Below, piece after piece: positions 38,261 through 52,112 of a stretch of 64,000 nucleotides of DNA. A model generated the notes under the pieces. The model made no database searches, was not told the origin of the DNA, and saw nothing but the letters and a program-made list of their open reading frames with translations. This DNA is from Octopus vulgaris. Taxonomy: Eukaryota. The stretch covers positions 39,494,001 to 39,558,000 of the forward strand of contig OX597829.1 of assembly GCA_951406725.2 (NCBI GenBank), given 5' to 3'. A program made the position numbers and the translations under genes. The first letter of the stretch is position 1. The number at the start of each line of letters is the position of its first letter.

Positions 38261-38465
38261 ATTTTCTTAGAAAATTACTATTTGTAAATCTCACAAGAGA
38301 TATTCAGCAACAGTACTTTGGAGTAAACATGGCAGTCCTGGTTTAGGACAAATGTTGCTGTGATTTAGCCCCAGGAGACATCGTCTCCAGCTGGCTATAC
38401 AACATGATCTGTGTCCATATTTGGGAACAAGGGAATCTAGCACTCCCACTCAGCTCAAAACAATA

Positions 38466-38510
38466 TCTGTGTATTGCAATTTCCGGGTTATTTTCCTTCA
38501 TCAGCACAGA
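38466..38510 (-). ncRNA. Minimal type I hammerhead motif
   Basis: UCUGUG-CUGAUGA-AGGAAAAUAACCCG-GAAA-UUGCAA-UA-CACAGA: 6-bp stem I, palindromic helix III (AUUGCAAU), AUA triplet, weakened stem II. Confidence 0.7.
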
Positions 38511-38689
38511 ATAACTGTTTGGTTAGAGGTGAATGTTTTATTAAGATAATTATTATAATACACAGAAGGGACAAAACAGGGCAATACAAACAATTATTGT
38601 TATAATGAGTTCGAATGATTTTAGAATTTAAAAAATTTAGGATGATATATAATTTGACATTTTTGGGGTAAAACTTGATGGGCTGAAGA

Positions 38690-41130
38690 GCTCAGCAACT
38701 ACACCTTTTTCCTTTTCCATGAAGATTAAGCAGGGTCACTTGCACCCACCTTTCTTTCCACAACCTTCCATCTTTTGTGAAACACACCTCGCAACAGTCG
38801 TCTCCTCTGCAGCCCTATCTTGCTCTTCAGATGATATCTGTAAAAGGTGAGCAATTCGGGGCCAGAGAGGAAGGTTCCCGTCATGAGTCCTTACAGTCTA
38901 GTCTTCCAAACACACTATTTCAACATTGCCACTGTAAGGGAAAAACATGCCCCACCTTCTTTCAAGAGTCCGGTGGGTGGCACAATCTTTATTATAGATT
39001 CAGCTGATAGCTGTACTCTGCCTAGATGTGACAACTCATGTTCAACGTAAACTATCAAGCCTGAAAGCTTCCGGCAGTGTACAAATGCATGCTGGACAAT
39101 TTCATCATCCAACTCACATCTTGGACATGTTGCTGGCACTGACATTCCATGCCTGGATAACTTATCGTGAACAGGTAAAGCATTTCTGTAGCACTGCCAG
39201 GTCAGGTGTTTTTGATAATTATCCAAATACCCCGGCCTGAAAGTCTTTTGGAACAGGTTGGTAAGTAGTTTGTCATCAAACCCTAGAGCCCCTCCTAGGA
39301 CATCATCATTTTTAAATAAATTCTACCAGCTCTGTATACAAAACCGAGGTGGTATTCCCACTGCTGGCCTTGCCCGTCTTGTGGATCAGCACAAGTGCCT
39401 GTCGACACTCCTTTTGCCTTTCTGTCAGATTGTGTCTTTTAATAAAACTGGGTTTGAATCTCTCCAAAGAGGTTGGTTGTGGGAAGAATTCCTCTGCCAG
39501 CGGATTCCACACCTTGTCACCCTCCAGGTAGCACCAGCGATGTCTCAGCCTCAATGCATGTTTGTGAATCATAAGCCAGGGCATCTCTAACCCACTCTTT
39601 AGCAGTTCCTGGCAGCAGACGGAGCACCTTATAAGTGGCTTTCCTCCCTTCCACAAAAAGCGGAAAAAGAGGCACTCCAACTTGTTTAGTCACTTGTCAG
39701 GGCTTTGCTCTGACTCGTGGCTATGGTTAGGCGGTAGGTGATTACAGATGTGATAAACACCTGTACTACCTCTGCTCTTCCTTTCAGGGATAGAGCCCGT
39801 CTGGACATTATGGAGATCCACATATGGAAGTCTGGCCCAGCCACTTCAAGAACCACCTCCAGGTAGTCCACCCTATCAAACACTTTACTTTGGTCTAAAT
39901 AGACCAGTGCCCCACCTTTGCTGGTTAATTTACCCACCCTGTCTAAGGTGTAGTGTATAAGGTGAAGATTGTCCTGGATCGATCTGCCGAGAATGGCGCA
40001 TGTCTGCGCCTTCCCTATAAGCTTCTCCACAACACGCGTCAACCTTTTAACTAACATCTTGGCCAAAATCTTTAACTCTACATTGAATAGAGTTATGGGC
40101 CTGTAATTACTTACACTGTCCCCCTTGCTCAGGTCCTTCTGGATCAGTGTCACCACTCCCTGACTCACAGAGCTGGGAATCTTCCCATCCTGTTGCCAGT
40201 TTGTGTAGATGCCTGCCAGCAGGTCCCCGAACAAGTCCGGCATACTATGATAAAACTCATAGGGTAGACCATCCAGCCTCGGCGACTTGTTCCCGGCGCA
40301 CTCGGCCAACACCTCTTTTACCTCCGTAGGTGTAATCGGTCTTTAACAGCATTCCGCCTCATGTGCCAAGAGTTGCTGCCCACCAGCGAGGAAGCCCTTT
40401 AGGGATTCCCCATGCTCAAGCTCATCAACTTGCCAAACAACCAGGTGAAATGCTGGGGAAAGGCCTTCTGCATCTTCTCCTGCCCATAGATCTTGCACCT
40501 CTGTTCGTCAGTTAAAGACTTTATAGAGGCTTTTTGCCTCTTTGACACTCCACATGACAGGCCCATCTGGCAACATTAATACCTTCTTGACCCACTGCAT
40601 GTAGCTTAGCTCTAACTCTACAGCCTTCGTGTTTGGCTTTGCGGTGATGGTATAAGACTGTTCTCACCGCCAGCACTCTGTCTGCAGAGCCAGATTCCAA
40701 AGCCTCATCTAAATTCTTAACTACTTCCCTATCTATTCTAGATCTACCTAAACTTAGCTGGTTGCTTAATCTAATAGACTCTAAATGGATGACTCTCTTA
40801 TTATTAATGATGGCATAACATAATGCCCTCTGTACTAATTCCTTAATCCAGGCATGGAAGGCTTGACGAGTCAAAAGAGACTTGTTCATCTTCCAGTACA
40901 TGGGTCCCTGGTTATGACATATGTACCTCACATCTCACAAATTTATGATCCGTGTAAGGCACAATACAAAATTGTGGGCAGCTAAAGGTATCCCTATCTC
41001 TTTCTCTAACAAATACCCTATCTATATAAGATCTGTGTGAGTCATCGTTATTACTCCACATCCACTGTGGAACTCTCGGCTCATCCAGTCTGTAACAGTC
41101 TACTAGATTATAGCTCTCTAGTAGGCCCTT
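38690..41130 (-). mobile_element. Tx1/L1-clade LINE ORF2 remnant (EN end, RT, zf-RVT), 5'-truncated and disrupted
   Basis: Fragments KSPRLDGLPYEFY, NYRPITLFNVELKILAK, GRSIQDNL, LDQSKVFDRVD, FRFLWKG, CPRCELDDEIVQHAFVHC and YWKMNKSLL, with stops, frameshifts and internal deletions. Confidence 0.9.
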
Positions 41131-42402
41131 GTTAATGTGAGAAAAATCTGATGCTGAATTACACAGAGTTGTTAATCAAATACAGGAACATATTTTGTCT
41201 GAAATGTTCAATATAAGTTTCTTTTGGAGATTATATATTTTAAAATTTTTATTGGATATACATACTTTTTTTTTTGATATACATACTCATTTTTTCTCAT
41301 GTCATCATAACCTGCTGATAAAAAAAACAAACTCTTAAGTATGTCTGTTAATTTTCTTTTTATCTCATCTTAAAATTTGAAACTATCAGTAGCTCCCTGT
41401 ATGTCACAGACTTTCATTCCTTAACACTTTGGTGGTAATTAATGAAAGGTAGAGCAATTTCATTATATGTAACAGAAATTAGCCAGTGCGTGCATATACA
41501 GCTGCGTGCGTGCGCACATACACGCGAGTACTGTCCAAATCTCCGACCAATCACATACAGCTAGCTGGCATTCAATTGGCGTATCAAGTTTCGGGCATTT
41601 TGATTGGGTTTTGGATAGAAAATTCACAAAAACGTCACTTCTATTGATGTTTTAATGGCTTTGTGGGGTGACTGGGGAGATGTAAAGATGTGCATGACCA
41701 CCCTTGGATGGTTTTGAATGACCATAGAAAGTACGAGCCCTCTAACTGAAAAATTGTGGATTTGTATAAAGGACACACACACAAACATTTTGCCATTTAT
41801 ATATGTAGAGATTTTATATGACTCATGATGTCATTTGAACAGTATTATTTCAAACTGTTGTAAACTCTTGGTATTCTTTTATTCCTTTACTTGTTTCAGT
41901 CATTTGAATGCAGCCATGCTGGAGTCCCACTTTTAGTTGAACAAATCGACCCTGGGACTTACTCTTTGTAAGCCTAGTACTTATTCTATCGGTCTCTATT
42001 GCTGAACTGCTAAGTTAAGCGGATGTAAGCACACCAGCATCACTTGTCAAGCAATGGTGGGGGGACAAACACAGACACACAAATACACACACACATACAC
42101 ACATATACATATATATATACTTATATACATACATATATACATACATACATACACACACACACACATGCACACACACACACGCACACACACACACACATAT
42201 ATATATAATACAAATAAGAAAATGGAGAAACAAATTTAGTTTGTTCATCAACTTTCAGATATTATAATGTTGGATTATTTATTCATTTTACAAATGAGAA
42301 CATCAATAGCATACATATATATCTTATAATTCAATACATATAAGATAAGAATATAAATTACAAAAGTCGTAATATAAATTATTAAAATCATTAAAATCAC
42401 TT

Positions 42403-42532
42403 CTTACAGCTGTTTCAGTCTATGGCTAAAAGTAGATAATTTTATTTTCATTGCCTTTAGTTGTCAACATAGTGATGTTATAGGCATATAAAAATAGAGT
42501 ACTTATATAAATAACCATAGGCCTCATCAGAG
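42403..42532 (-). ncRNA. Hammerhead motif with 85-nt insertion in loop II
   Basis: CU-CUGAUGA-GGCCUAUGGUU-(85 nt)-AGCCAUAGACU-GAAA-CAGCUG-UA-AG: palindromic helix III ACAGCUGU, GUA triplet; stem I truncated by (TA)n. Confidence 0.65.
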
Positions 42533-43286
42533 TATATATATATATATATATATGAGGAAAATTTGTTGTTGAAAATGCACCTAAATTTGAAAATTATTTA
42601 AAATACATTTATTTACATATACATCAAATTAGTTTCAACAATACTTTTTGTTTATCAATGGTAAAAATTTAGAATTATGAATTAGAAAAACATGTTTGAA
42701 AGTTTCTTGTTCTTCCTGGTTGGTAAACTTGTTCACCAGGAAAACAGGACATCACCATTACTTTAACAAATCAAAAGTCAAATCCACTTGCGGAAAAAAA
42801 TTTTATAAATACACCGAATTCCAAAACACACCGTTACAAGCAAAAGTTCCTCACATGATAGAAAGAGAATCAGTGAAATTGTAAACCAAATCCCTTTTTT
42901 TTTTTACAATCTTCATTTCTCCCTTGTTTTTGCTCCCTCTTAACTCAGTATGACTGAAAATTTGATGGTATTTATTTCTTGTTGATCACTAATAACACTA
43001 ATGAACTTTGTACATTTAAACAAATTGATCCACAGTTTTTATATTATTGACTGTTATGAACATTTAAACTTGTCGACATTGAAATTTTTAAACATGTTTT
43101 TCTAATTCATAATTCTAAATTTTTACCATTAATAAACAAAAAATATTATGAAACTAGTTTGGTGTAGATGTAAATATATTTATTTCAAACAAATTACAAT
43201 TTTTTCAAATTTAAGTGCATTTTCAACAACAAATTTGCCTATATTCTTTCCTGTGTAGAAATACACCCCCTCATTTGTTATATATT

Positions 43287-43349
<63 letters not shown>

Positions 43350-43351
<2 letters not shown>

Positions 43352-43889
43352 TAGCAGTATAGCCTGTTGTTGCTCGGGTTTGTTTTTTAGTTGCGCTTAA
43401 AATGGCAGACTTTGGTGTCGCGTTAACAAAGCTTTGACATAGTTTCAATCTCTTTTGAAAAGTAAAAATTTTGCATTATGTAGCTTGTTATTCTCTTTAA
43501 GTGAACACTTTTCTGGTTGAAATGCACCGCAAAATGGCGACACAGCAGTAAAAAAAATCGTAAAACAGGGATTTTCATAGAAAAAAAGCACCTTTTTGAT
43601 GTAAACAATTTTTGGTCTTAACATAGTCTGATTTGAACTTTGTCTCCTATGGAATGAAGGGCAAGCCTTCTTCTATCATACTCTCAATTTTGGTTAACTT
43701 GCACTGCATGGTCTTGGAGGAGATAGTGTTAGTTGAAGGTTTCCAAACTTGCCACACATGCACACACACACACACACCTGGGCACACATGGCACCTTGGG
43801 CAAGTGGCTTCTACTATAGCCTTGGGCCAACCAAAATCTTGTGAATGGATTTGGTAGACAGAAATTGAAAGAAGCCTGTCGTATATATG

Positions 43890-43922
<33 letters not shown>

Positions 43923-44160
43923 GTTTGTGTGTCTGTGTCTGTTCCCCCACCATCGTTTAACAACCAATGTTGGTGTGTTTGCGTCTCTGTAACCTAGCAG
44001 TTCAACAAAGAGAGACCAATAGAATAAGTACTAGGCTTCCAAAGAATAAGTCCTGGGGTTGATTTGCTCGACTGAAGGTGGTGCTCCAGCATGGCCGCAG
44101 TCAAATGACTGAAACAAGTAAAAGAGAGTAAAAGAGAATCTCCAAACCTTTTAATATATA
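43350..44160 (+). mobile_element. Helitron/Helentron-like non-autonomous element interrupted by a family-A SINE
   Basis: Starts ACTAGCAGTATAGCCTG..GTTGCTCGGG after (TA)n, has (CA)n near the end and finishes CCTTTTAATATATA. A similar 3' end occurs at ~41480-41812. Family assignment is from recalled end motifs only. Confidence 0.45.
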
Positions 44161-47100
44161 CATATATATATATCTATATGCATGCAAATAAGAGACATTA
44201 AATTCGACCAATGAGAAATTCTGTGTGCTTCAATGCTTATTCATAAAATGTTTACATGCAGACACCAAAATCTTATTCAGAGAAGTAGCAAGACTGATGA
44301 TGTGTTACACCTTAACAGTATTTAAATTATTGATCTTATTCACTCTAGCATGGATCCTGAAAGCAAAGTGTGTGTGTATGTGGTTGTGTGTGCATGTGTG
44401 TGTGTGCAGGTGTGCGTGCTTTTGTGACTCTGAAAAATTGCTGTACAATGACAATAGTAAGTAATACTTCATCACGAAAACCTAGTAAATTTCTGATTCA
44501 TTTTAGCTTGCCACATGTGTGGGTGTTTATTGAAACCATATACATTTTATTTCTCATTTGTTTACTTATTTTTACCTTTTGGTTAAAATAAATTAGATAT
44601 GAAAATTTATGTTCAGAATATATCCACCAAATATATCTTTTATTTTTGTTTTTTACGTGCAATGTCAATGAAAGTAAACAGATTATCTTAAAAAAAAAAA
44701 AAGGAGTGGCTGTGTAGTAAGTAGCTTGCTTACCAACCACATGGTTCTGGGTTCAGTCCCTACTGTGTGGCACCTTGGACAAGTGTCTTCTACTATAGCC
44801 TTGGGCTGACCAAAGCCTTGTGAGTGTATTTGTTAGACAGAAACTGAATGAAGTCTGTCGTAAGTAGCCTGCTTACCAACCACATGGTTCTGGTTTCAGT
44901 CCCACTGCGTGGCACCTTGGGCAAGTGTCTTTTACTATAGCCTTGGGCTGACCAAAGCCTTGTGAGTGAATTTGGTAGATGGAAACTGAAAGAAGTCTGT
45001 CATATATATGTGTGTGTGTGTGTATGTGTGTGTGTGTGTGTGTGTGTGTATGTTTGTGTGCCTGTGTTTGTCCCCCCCAACACCACTTGACAACCGATGT
45101 TGGTGAGTTTAGGTCTTTATAACTTAGCAGTTTGCTAAAAGACAACTGATAGAATAAGTACTAGGCTTACAAGGAATAAGTCCTGGGGGCCGATTTGCTC
45201 GACTAAAGGTGATGCTCCAGCATGGCTGCAGTCAAATGACTGAAACAAGTAAAAGAGTAAAAGAAATTATTATTTGCTTGTTTCAGTATTTGAATAACTT
45301 CTGACTGTCACAAATATCCAAACACTAAAATGCTTTTCTTTCTTCGTTAGAAATCTGACAATTTGCTATAATTAGCTCAGTGTAGACCAGCCATGAGCAG
45401 TCAATAGTTTTACTACTTTCTCTACTACTAACAAATGACATATAGAATCTACACTACCTTGCTTTGTTTATTTATTTATTATTTGATATTTTTTTTTTTT
45501 ATGTCTGATATGTGGTTTGAATTTATATGCCATGTTGGCTTCCTGCAAGAATATTCCTTACAAAAGTTACTCTTGAATTATTTTTACTTTTTTTCTCAGT
45601 TTTTTTTCTAGATCTTTTCCTTATTTTAAAATGCTTATTATTTATTTATTTATTTATTTACTTTTTGAATTTCATTTGTCTCCGCCCCCATCTCTGTTTT
45701 TTTTTTTCTCACACTTCTTTTCAAACCTAATCTATGTATTTTTCATCTTTGTTTCTCTACGATGAGTCATAAATGTACTACCACTACACGTTCATTTGTT
45801 GCACTTCGCAAACACACAAGCACGCACGCAACGCATGCTGTGGTTTACGAATATCCTGCTACATAATAAACACTCAACAAAAAAGCTCGAATGCAGAAGT
45901 ATTTTGTAACACAAACCCTCTGCTACCTGACAACTAACTATATAGCTGGTTGTGTTACCAAAAGTATTGATCTGTTCTCAAGTTCAGAAGTCAAATCTTC
46001 ATACAGCTGATACATATTAGTCACTTATGACTAATACAGCTTCACGCTTCTGCCTCCTCTAAGCGGTCTTTGTTGAATGACTCTCGTCGCATGTTAACCA
46101 TAATCAAACTTTGCCTTTTCATTCCTTAGTGGTTTCAGCCTTTTGTCTATGGCCATGCTGCAGCACATCTTTTTCAAGGGCATTAGTTGATTGTTATTTA
46201 TTTATTTATTTATGTTACTCACCTCCGAGGACAATGAACAATAGTCATCGTGAGCAGTCAAAATGCCACCCACAAATTGTTTTTGTTTGACATGCTGAGG
46301 TGCAGTTGTTGGGTGTCGCTGTGTGGTAAAGAAACCTGCTTCCCAACCAGGTGCTCTCAGGTTCAGTTACACTGCACAGTACCCTGTGCATATGTTTTTT
46401 TTTTTTACTAATGCCGTGGACTGACCAGATCCTTGTGGATGTATTTGATAGTAGAAACTGAAAGAAAAGCATCATGTGCATGTATGTGTGTGTGTGTGTT
46501 TCTTTGTCTTGCCCCACCCCCCTTGATGCTTGTAAATGAGTGCCAACATCATACAAGGAAAGTCATTCATTTCCAGTCTTCATATCTGCTAATGGGGAAA
46601 TGTTACCTTGCTTGGAATCAAGTAAGTGTAGGTGATATAAAAGGCATCCAGCTGTAAAAAATCTGCCTCAATGAATTTTATCTGATCTATGTGACCATAG
46701 AAAAGTAGATGTTTAAATTATGATAAATATTGAAACCTTTGGAAGTATGCTGTGCGTGAGAAGACCTGGCAGGACAAGTGAAACCATAACCCGTGGCCTC
46801 TACCTGGGATGTAGCCAGCCCACTTATGCATACCTTTCCTTCTTGGGACACAAAACTCTGCTTGCGAAGGCCTGTTGAGGCAAGTGAAATCAAAATCGAT
46901 CAAAAATCAATGGAAATTGTAGTTGTGATACCAGTGCTGGTGGCACGTAAAAGAACCATCCGAACGTGGCTGTTTGCCAGCGCCGCCTCGACTGGCTTCT
47001 GTGCCAGTGGCACGTAAAAAGCACCAACCAATCATGGCCGTTGCCAGCCTCGCCTGGCACCTAAAAAGCACCCACTACACTCATGGAGTGGTTGGCGTTA

Positions 47101-47231
47101 GGAAGGGTATCCAGCTGTAGAAACACTGCCAGATCAGATTGGAGCCTGGTGCAGCTTCCTGGCTTCCCAGACCCCAGTCGAACTGTCCAACCCATGCTAG
47201 CATGGAAAACGGACATTAAACGATGATGATG

Positions 47232-47580
47232 ATTGAGTACTGTTGTCACATATGGGTAGGTGCTCCTGCAGATTGTTTAACTCTGCTGGACTACATTCAA
47301 TGCTGTATTTGTAATGCTGTTGGTCCTGATCTATCTTCTAAATTGGATTCATCCTCTCATTGTCGTCGTGTGGCTTCCTTGTCACTTTTCTATAAGTATT
47401 TTCATGGACATTGTTCAGCTGAGCTCTCTTCTCTGGTTCCTCCTTCAAGAACTTATCAGCGATCGACTAGACTTGCATCCAGTTCTCATCAGGAATCTCC
47501 TAAGCAGTACCAGTTTCTTCCCTCTGAACTTTGGAATTCCCTTCCAGTCTTGTTTTCTTCTTTAGTATGGCATCCAGTCT
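47232..47580 (+). mobile_element. CR1/L2-group LINE RT C-terminal remnant
   Basis: IEYCCHIWVGAPADCLTLLDYIQ...RRVASLSLFYKYFHGHCSAELSSLVP...LWNSLP. Confidence 0.8.
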
Positions 47581-47581
47581 T

Positions 47582-47811
47582 TTAACCCTTTAGTGTTCAC
47601 GTTATTCTGCCATAATTAAAGCTTTTTCATCCACATTGTTTTGAACTAATCATGCATTAATCTTGTAGCTATGAGATTTTGATGAGGTAGCCGTTAATTT
47701 TTAAAAAAATATTGTAGGGTTGGTGTGAGAGACCAAATATGGCCAGTTTGAACATAAAACAGGCAGAATTCTTTTGGCCGGAGATGGCCGGTTTAAATAC
47801 TAAAGGGTTAA
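47582..47811. mobile_element. piggyBac-like MITE, second family (TTAACCCTTTAG...CTAAAGGGTTAA)
   Basis: TIRs with TTAA; copies at ~31427-31654, 31705-32387 (carrying nested insertions), 32918-33134 and 50850-51068. Confidence 0.78.
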
Positions 47812-48654
47812 GTCTAATGTACTTCATCACCTATTGACTTCTGTCTAGCGTCCATTATCAGCTCTTACTTTTTCAGTGGTCTAAGGACTGTGTAATGAGC
47901 GAATGCTTTAAAAAATTAAATATGATAATGCTAATTATGTTGCTGATATTTGGCATTTTAAGACAACACAAATGCACATGGGCATCCATGTATGTGTGTT
48001 GTGTGTGTGTAAGTCATCTTAGAGTCTATAAGTCAGGAAAGAATGCACTCATATATCTGACAATAGAGTGGGTATATTATCCAAAGTGTATGGGAGTTTA
48101 TATAAACCCACAGTATAACCTCCCACAGACATTGTATCCCTACACACACCACATGCACACTTAAAGGCTCCACGAATTTAATCAACACATAAAAGAAAGA
48201 AAACACACTAACGAACCCAGATGTGTATGCCCACACACCCCTGCAATGGTTATATATATATAGTACTATTACACAAATTACAATTCTACAAGAACACCAA
48301 CCTTAAGGATACATGCATTTCTCTCAAACACTTCCAGGAAACTCTTACCAACTTGCAACATATCACCCCAGTGGTGATGTTTTGGTACCAAGGGACATCT
48401 CTTAATTCAATCCCCTGCTTGTTTCATTTCATCATCTTTTACACAGCAACTGCAAACCAGATGTGTTTATTCACCTTCAACAATAGAGAGCAGTCAACAT
48501 ATTTCATTCCCTTTTGTCTACCTCTGATGAGTGCAGGGTTACATAATTGGATTGTTGCCTAACACTCTGTTTCATCTCTAGCATGAAACTGATTGGTAAT
48601 ATCAGCCATAATGGATATATTATTCTGTTCACTTTGGATAGTACACACACAAAC

Positions 48655-48771
48655 ATACACGCACGCACGCACCCACCCACCCACCCACCCACCCACCCAT
48701 CCATTCCATCCATCCATCCATCCATCCATCCATCCATCCATCCATCCATCCATCTATCTATCCATCCATCC

Positions 48772-48832
<61 letters not shown>
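48655..48832. repeat. Compound (GCAC)/(CCAC)/(CCAT)/(CTAT) tetranucleotide microsatellite
   Basis: Read directly. Confidence 0.95.
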
Positions 48833-49477
48833 AATCTGAAACTTCAATTTGCAACTCTGAATTTCTTGCCAATTCTTAAGTGATAAGAGAAATGAAACCA
48901 GATCAACTTATATATATATATATAAGTTGATCTTATATATATATATATATATATATAATTTCAACAATTGAGGGTAAAATTAATTAATTATTAATCAATT
49001 TCACCAAGTATTCAGTATGTAAAGGGACCATTTTAGGCGAATTCAAAATATTACATTATAATATATATATATATAGCTATTATATATATATAGCTGTTAA
49101 ATATAAGATATATATAATCAAAAGAAAGACTTCTGATTGGTTTGAGGTCTTTAACAGTGTTATATATTACTTGATATGGTTATCTCTGCAGATATTCTAT
49201 AGAAAATTATAGCCAATATTGATTTTGTTACAGCATCTCATACTCAAGACAACAACAAAGAGTTTGAAGATGAAAAATGTAAATAACAACAAGGAGTTTG
49301 AAGAAATAGATAATGAGTACACATGCCATATTTTATGAGTTTTTGTTCCTTTATCAGAACCCATCCAACCCCTTAATTATCCATGAACTCATTGCTTAAA
49401 TAGCCATTAAATACAGTGGTGTAACATTATTGGATGGACCAATTTTACATGTAAAACACATTCCTGGAAGCTGGTAC

Positions 49478-49831
49478 GTGAAGGCGCATGGCTCAGTGGT
49501 TAGAGCGTCGAGCGTACGGTCGTGAGGTTGTGAGTTCGAATCCTGGACCAGGCTGCGTGTTGTGTTGTGTTCTTGAGCAAGGCACTTTATTTCATGCTAC
49601 TCCAGTTCACTCAGCTGTAGAAATGAGTGGCGATGTCACTGGTGCCAAGTATATCGGCCCCTTTGCCTGTCTCTTGGATAATACTGGTGGCGTGGAGAGG
49701 GGAAGCCGGTATGCATAGGCGACTGCTGGTCTTCCATAAAAAAACTACCTTGCCCAGACTTGTGCCTGGGAGGGTAGCTTTCTAGGTGCAAGCCCATGGT
49801 CTGTCATGACCAAAGGGGGTCTCAGCAGCAA
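49478..49831 (+). mobile_element. tRNA-derived SINE family C with 11-bp target-site duplication
   Basis: tRNA-like head GGCGCATGGCTCAGTGGTTAGAGCG...GAGTTCGAATCC, flanked by GAAGCTGGTAC at 49467-49477 and 49832-49842. A related copy lies at ~22280-22610(-). Confidence 0.85.
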
Positions 49832-51879
49832 GAAGCTGGTACATAAATGTCATAATAAAATCAGTACTGGCTATAATCTCTATAGAATATCCATGGAGAT
49901 AACCTTAAAAAGTGATGTAATAGCACTGCTAACACAGTAGAACACAATATTGAGTCATAAAAACGTTTAACACACTTTGTAGTGTATTATGGTTGCATAA
50001 CAAAATATGGTGTCCTTATAGTCATTAGTATTATATATGGCTATATAGTGTTTGACTGTTGGGCATGAGACAGAAATCAAAGTTATTTTAGTATATACGT
50101 ATTTAGAATGAAACCCATATGGAACAGTATATTCAGCTTCTTAGAAACATGAAGAAATTATACACCATTGTTATTTGGTGTATAATTTTGGCGTGTTCTT
50201 ACATATTCTAATGATTTTGAAGTTTCTAATATTTTTTTGAACCTCAAATATTGAGATTTAGAGGTTCAGATTATATTGGAACAAAATGTTCAAGAGTTCT
50301 AAAATTTACCAATGTTGATTATAACTTGGCAGTTTAAAGGATTTTTAGTCATATGGTGTTAGGAATGGCATCCAGCTGTAGAAACTCTGCCAGATCAGAT
50401 TGGAGTCTGGTTCGCCAGACCTCAGTCAAATCGTCCAACCCATGCTAGCATGGAAAGCGGATGTTAAATGATGATGATGATCATCATCATTATAATCTTT
50501 GGGAACAGATTCAGTAGATGCGGGCACTTTTGTGCAGTAAACGATGTAATTTATTTGTAAAATGGTGCTCCAGCAAGACTACAGTCAAATGACTGAAACA
50601 AATAAAAGAATAAAAGAATTTAGCATTCAGATTGCTCTGTAAAATGTATTTATGAATTCACATTGCTTTAAATTTATCGTGCATTATCTCATTTTGTGCG
50701 TCTACATCAAGTGAATGTGTAAGAGAGAGGTTCCCAAATCTAGGTTTCCTCTAGTAAACACTTCAGTCCTGATCACTTATTAACCCTTTACAGTGATCAA
50801 ATAGCACTAATATTGGAGTATTCAAACCTTCTTGACTACATTGACCCATTACTATTCAGATTACTCTGTCGAATGTAATGCTTATTTATTCATATTGCAT
50901 TTTAATTAATCATGCATTATCTCATAGTTTTGAGATTACAATGATGCGATTCTTTATATTTAGAAGGACATTGTAGGGTAGGTGTAAGAGGCTGAATGCA
51001 ACCAATTCCAAAATAAAACAAGAAGAATATTTGGGCTGGATGTGGATAGTTCAAATGCTAAAGGATTAAGGGGGTATTTATGGCAGCAGCAAAACCTGTA
51101 CCAGTGTGAAGGATTAACTATGGATTGTAGGTTGTGAGTTTTACTGTCAAAATAGCAAAACTTTGTGTACATCTAAAAATTGTATAGCCATGGTTGTTTA
51201 GGTAAGAATAATTATCTAAGTTGATTTTTAGTGGTTCTTCTATATACATGGAGGTTAATCAATATCATTTTACATTTTTTGCTTTTCTTTGTGTATTATT
51301 ATCATTATTATAATTTAGAAAATGGACTCTGGAATTAAGTAGAATTGTGGAAAATTCATTTAACCGAAGTTTAATATGCTATCCTCAATTGTTAAATTTA
51401 ATATTTATTATAAAATCTAACATTCATTTATTTGCAAGCTATTATGAATTTCTGGATAAGGTTAGTCTCGGAGGCAATGTAATATTTACACGAATAAATG
51501 ACTAGGTGTGCTATGGAACTGTTGCAGGAAAAATAAAAATGGTAAAGAATTAAGTAAACACAAGTAGAGAAGACAAATTACCTAAATCTCAAGGATTAAA
51601 TAAGTTGGATTAGATCTCTTGTGACAGAATGTGCTCAACTATTGTTTTGTGGTTAAGAAGTTTGGTTTGCAGTTACTTTCAGGTTTCAGGTTCAATCCTG
51701 CTGCATGTTAAATTGGGTATATGGCCTTCTGTCATACTCTTGGGTTGATGGAAGCATTTGGATGCAAATAAGCTTATCAATTTGATTTTCATGAAATAGT
51801 TGTCAGTTTCTTCAAGTAATTCCTAATAAGCTTATTAAATACCTATTAAAACTCTTATTACCTAATTGAAACCCTCATT

Positions 51880-52112
51880 TATTTCTTTACTACTCACAAG
51901 GGGCTAAACACAGAGGGGACAAAAAGGACGGACAAACGGATTAAGTCGATTTCATCAGCCCCAGTGTGTAACTGGTACTTAATTTATCGACCCCGAAAAG
52001 ACGAAAGGCAAAGTCGACCTTGGTGGAATTTGAACTCAGAACGTAACGGCAGACGAAATACGGCTACGCATTTCGCCTGGCGTGCTAACGTTTCTGCCAG
52101 CTCGCCGCCTTT
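51880..52112 (-). mobile_element. tRNA-derived SINE family B, representative copy
   Basis: GGCGGCGAGCTGGCAGAAACGTTAGCACG...GAGTTCAAATTCC..GGTCGACTTTGCCTTTC. Other copies at ~9584-9795, 11465-11645, 18420-18648, 19010-19158, 26555-26815, 60180-60360, 60882-61095, 61162-61370 and 63825-63955. Confidence 0.88.

Noticed and set aside
48521-48600. Hammerhead candidate CUGAUGA-GUGC..GCAU-GAAAC-UGAUUG-GUA
   Set aside because: Core and stem II/III are plausible but stem I does not pair; kept only as a weak mention, not as a feature.
49483-49555. Possible tRNA gene
   Set aside because: The tRNA-like head runs into a SINE body with an 11-bp TSD and lacks a proper acceptor stem.
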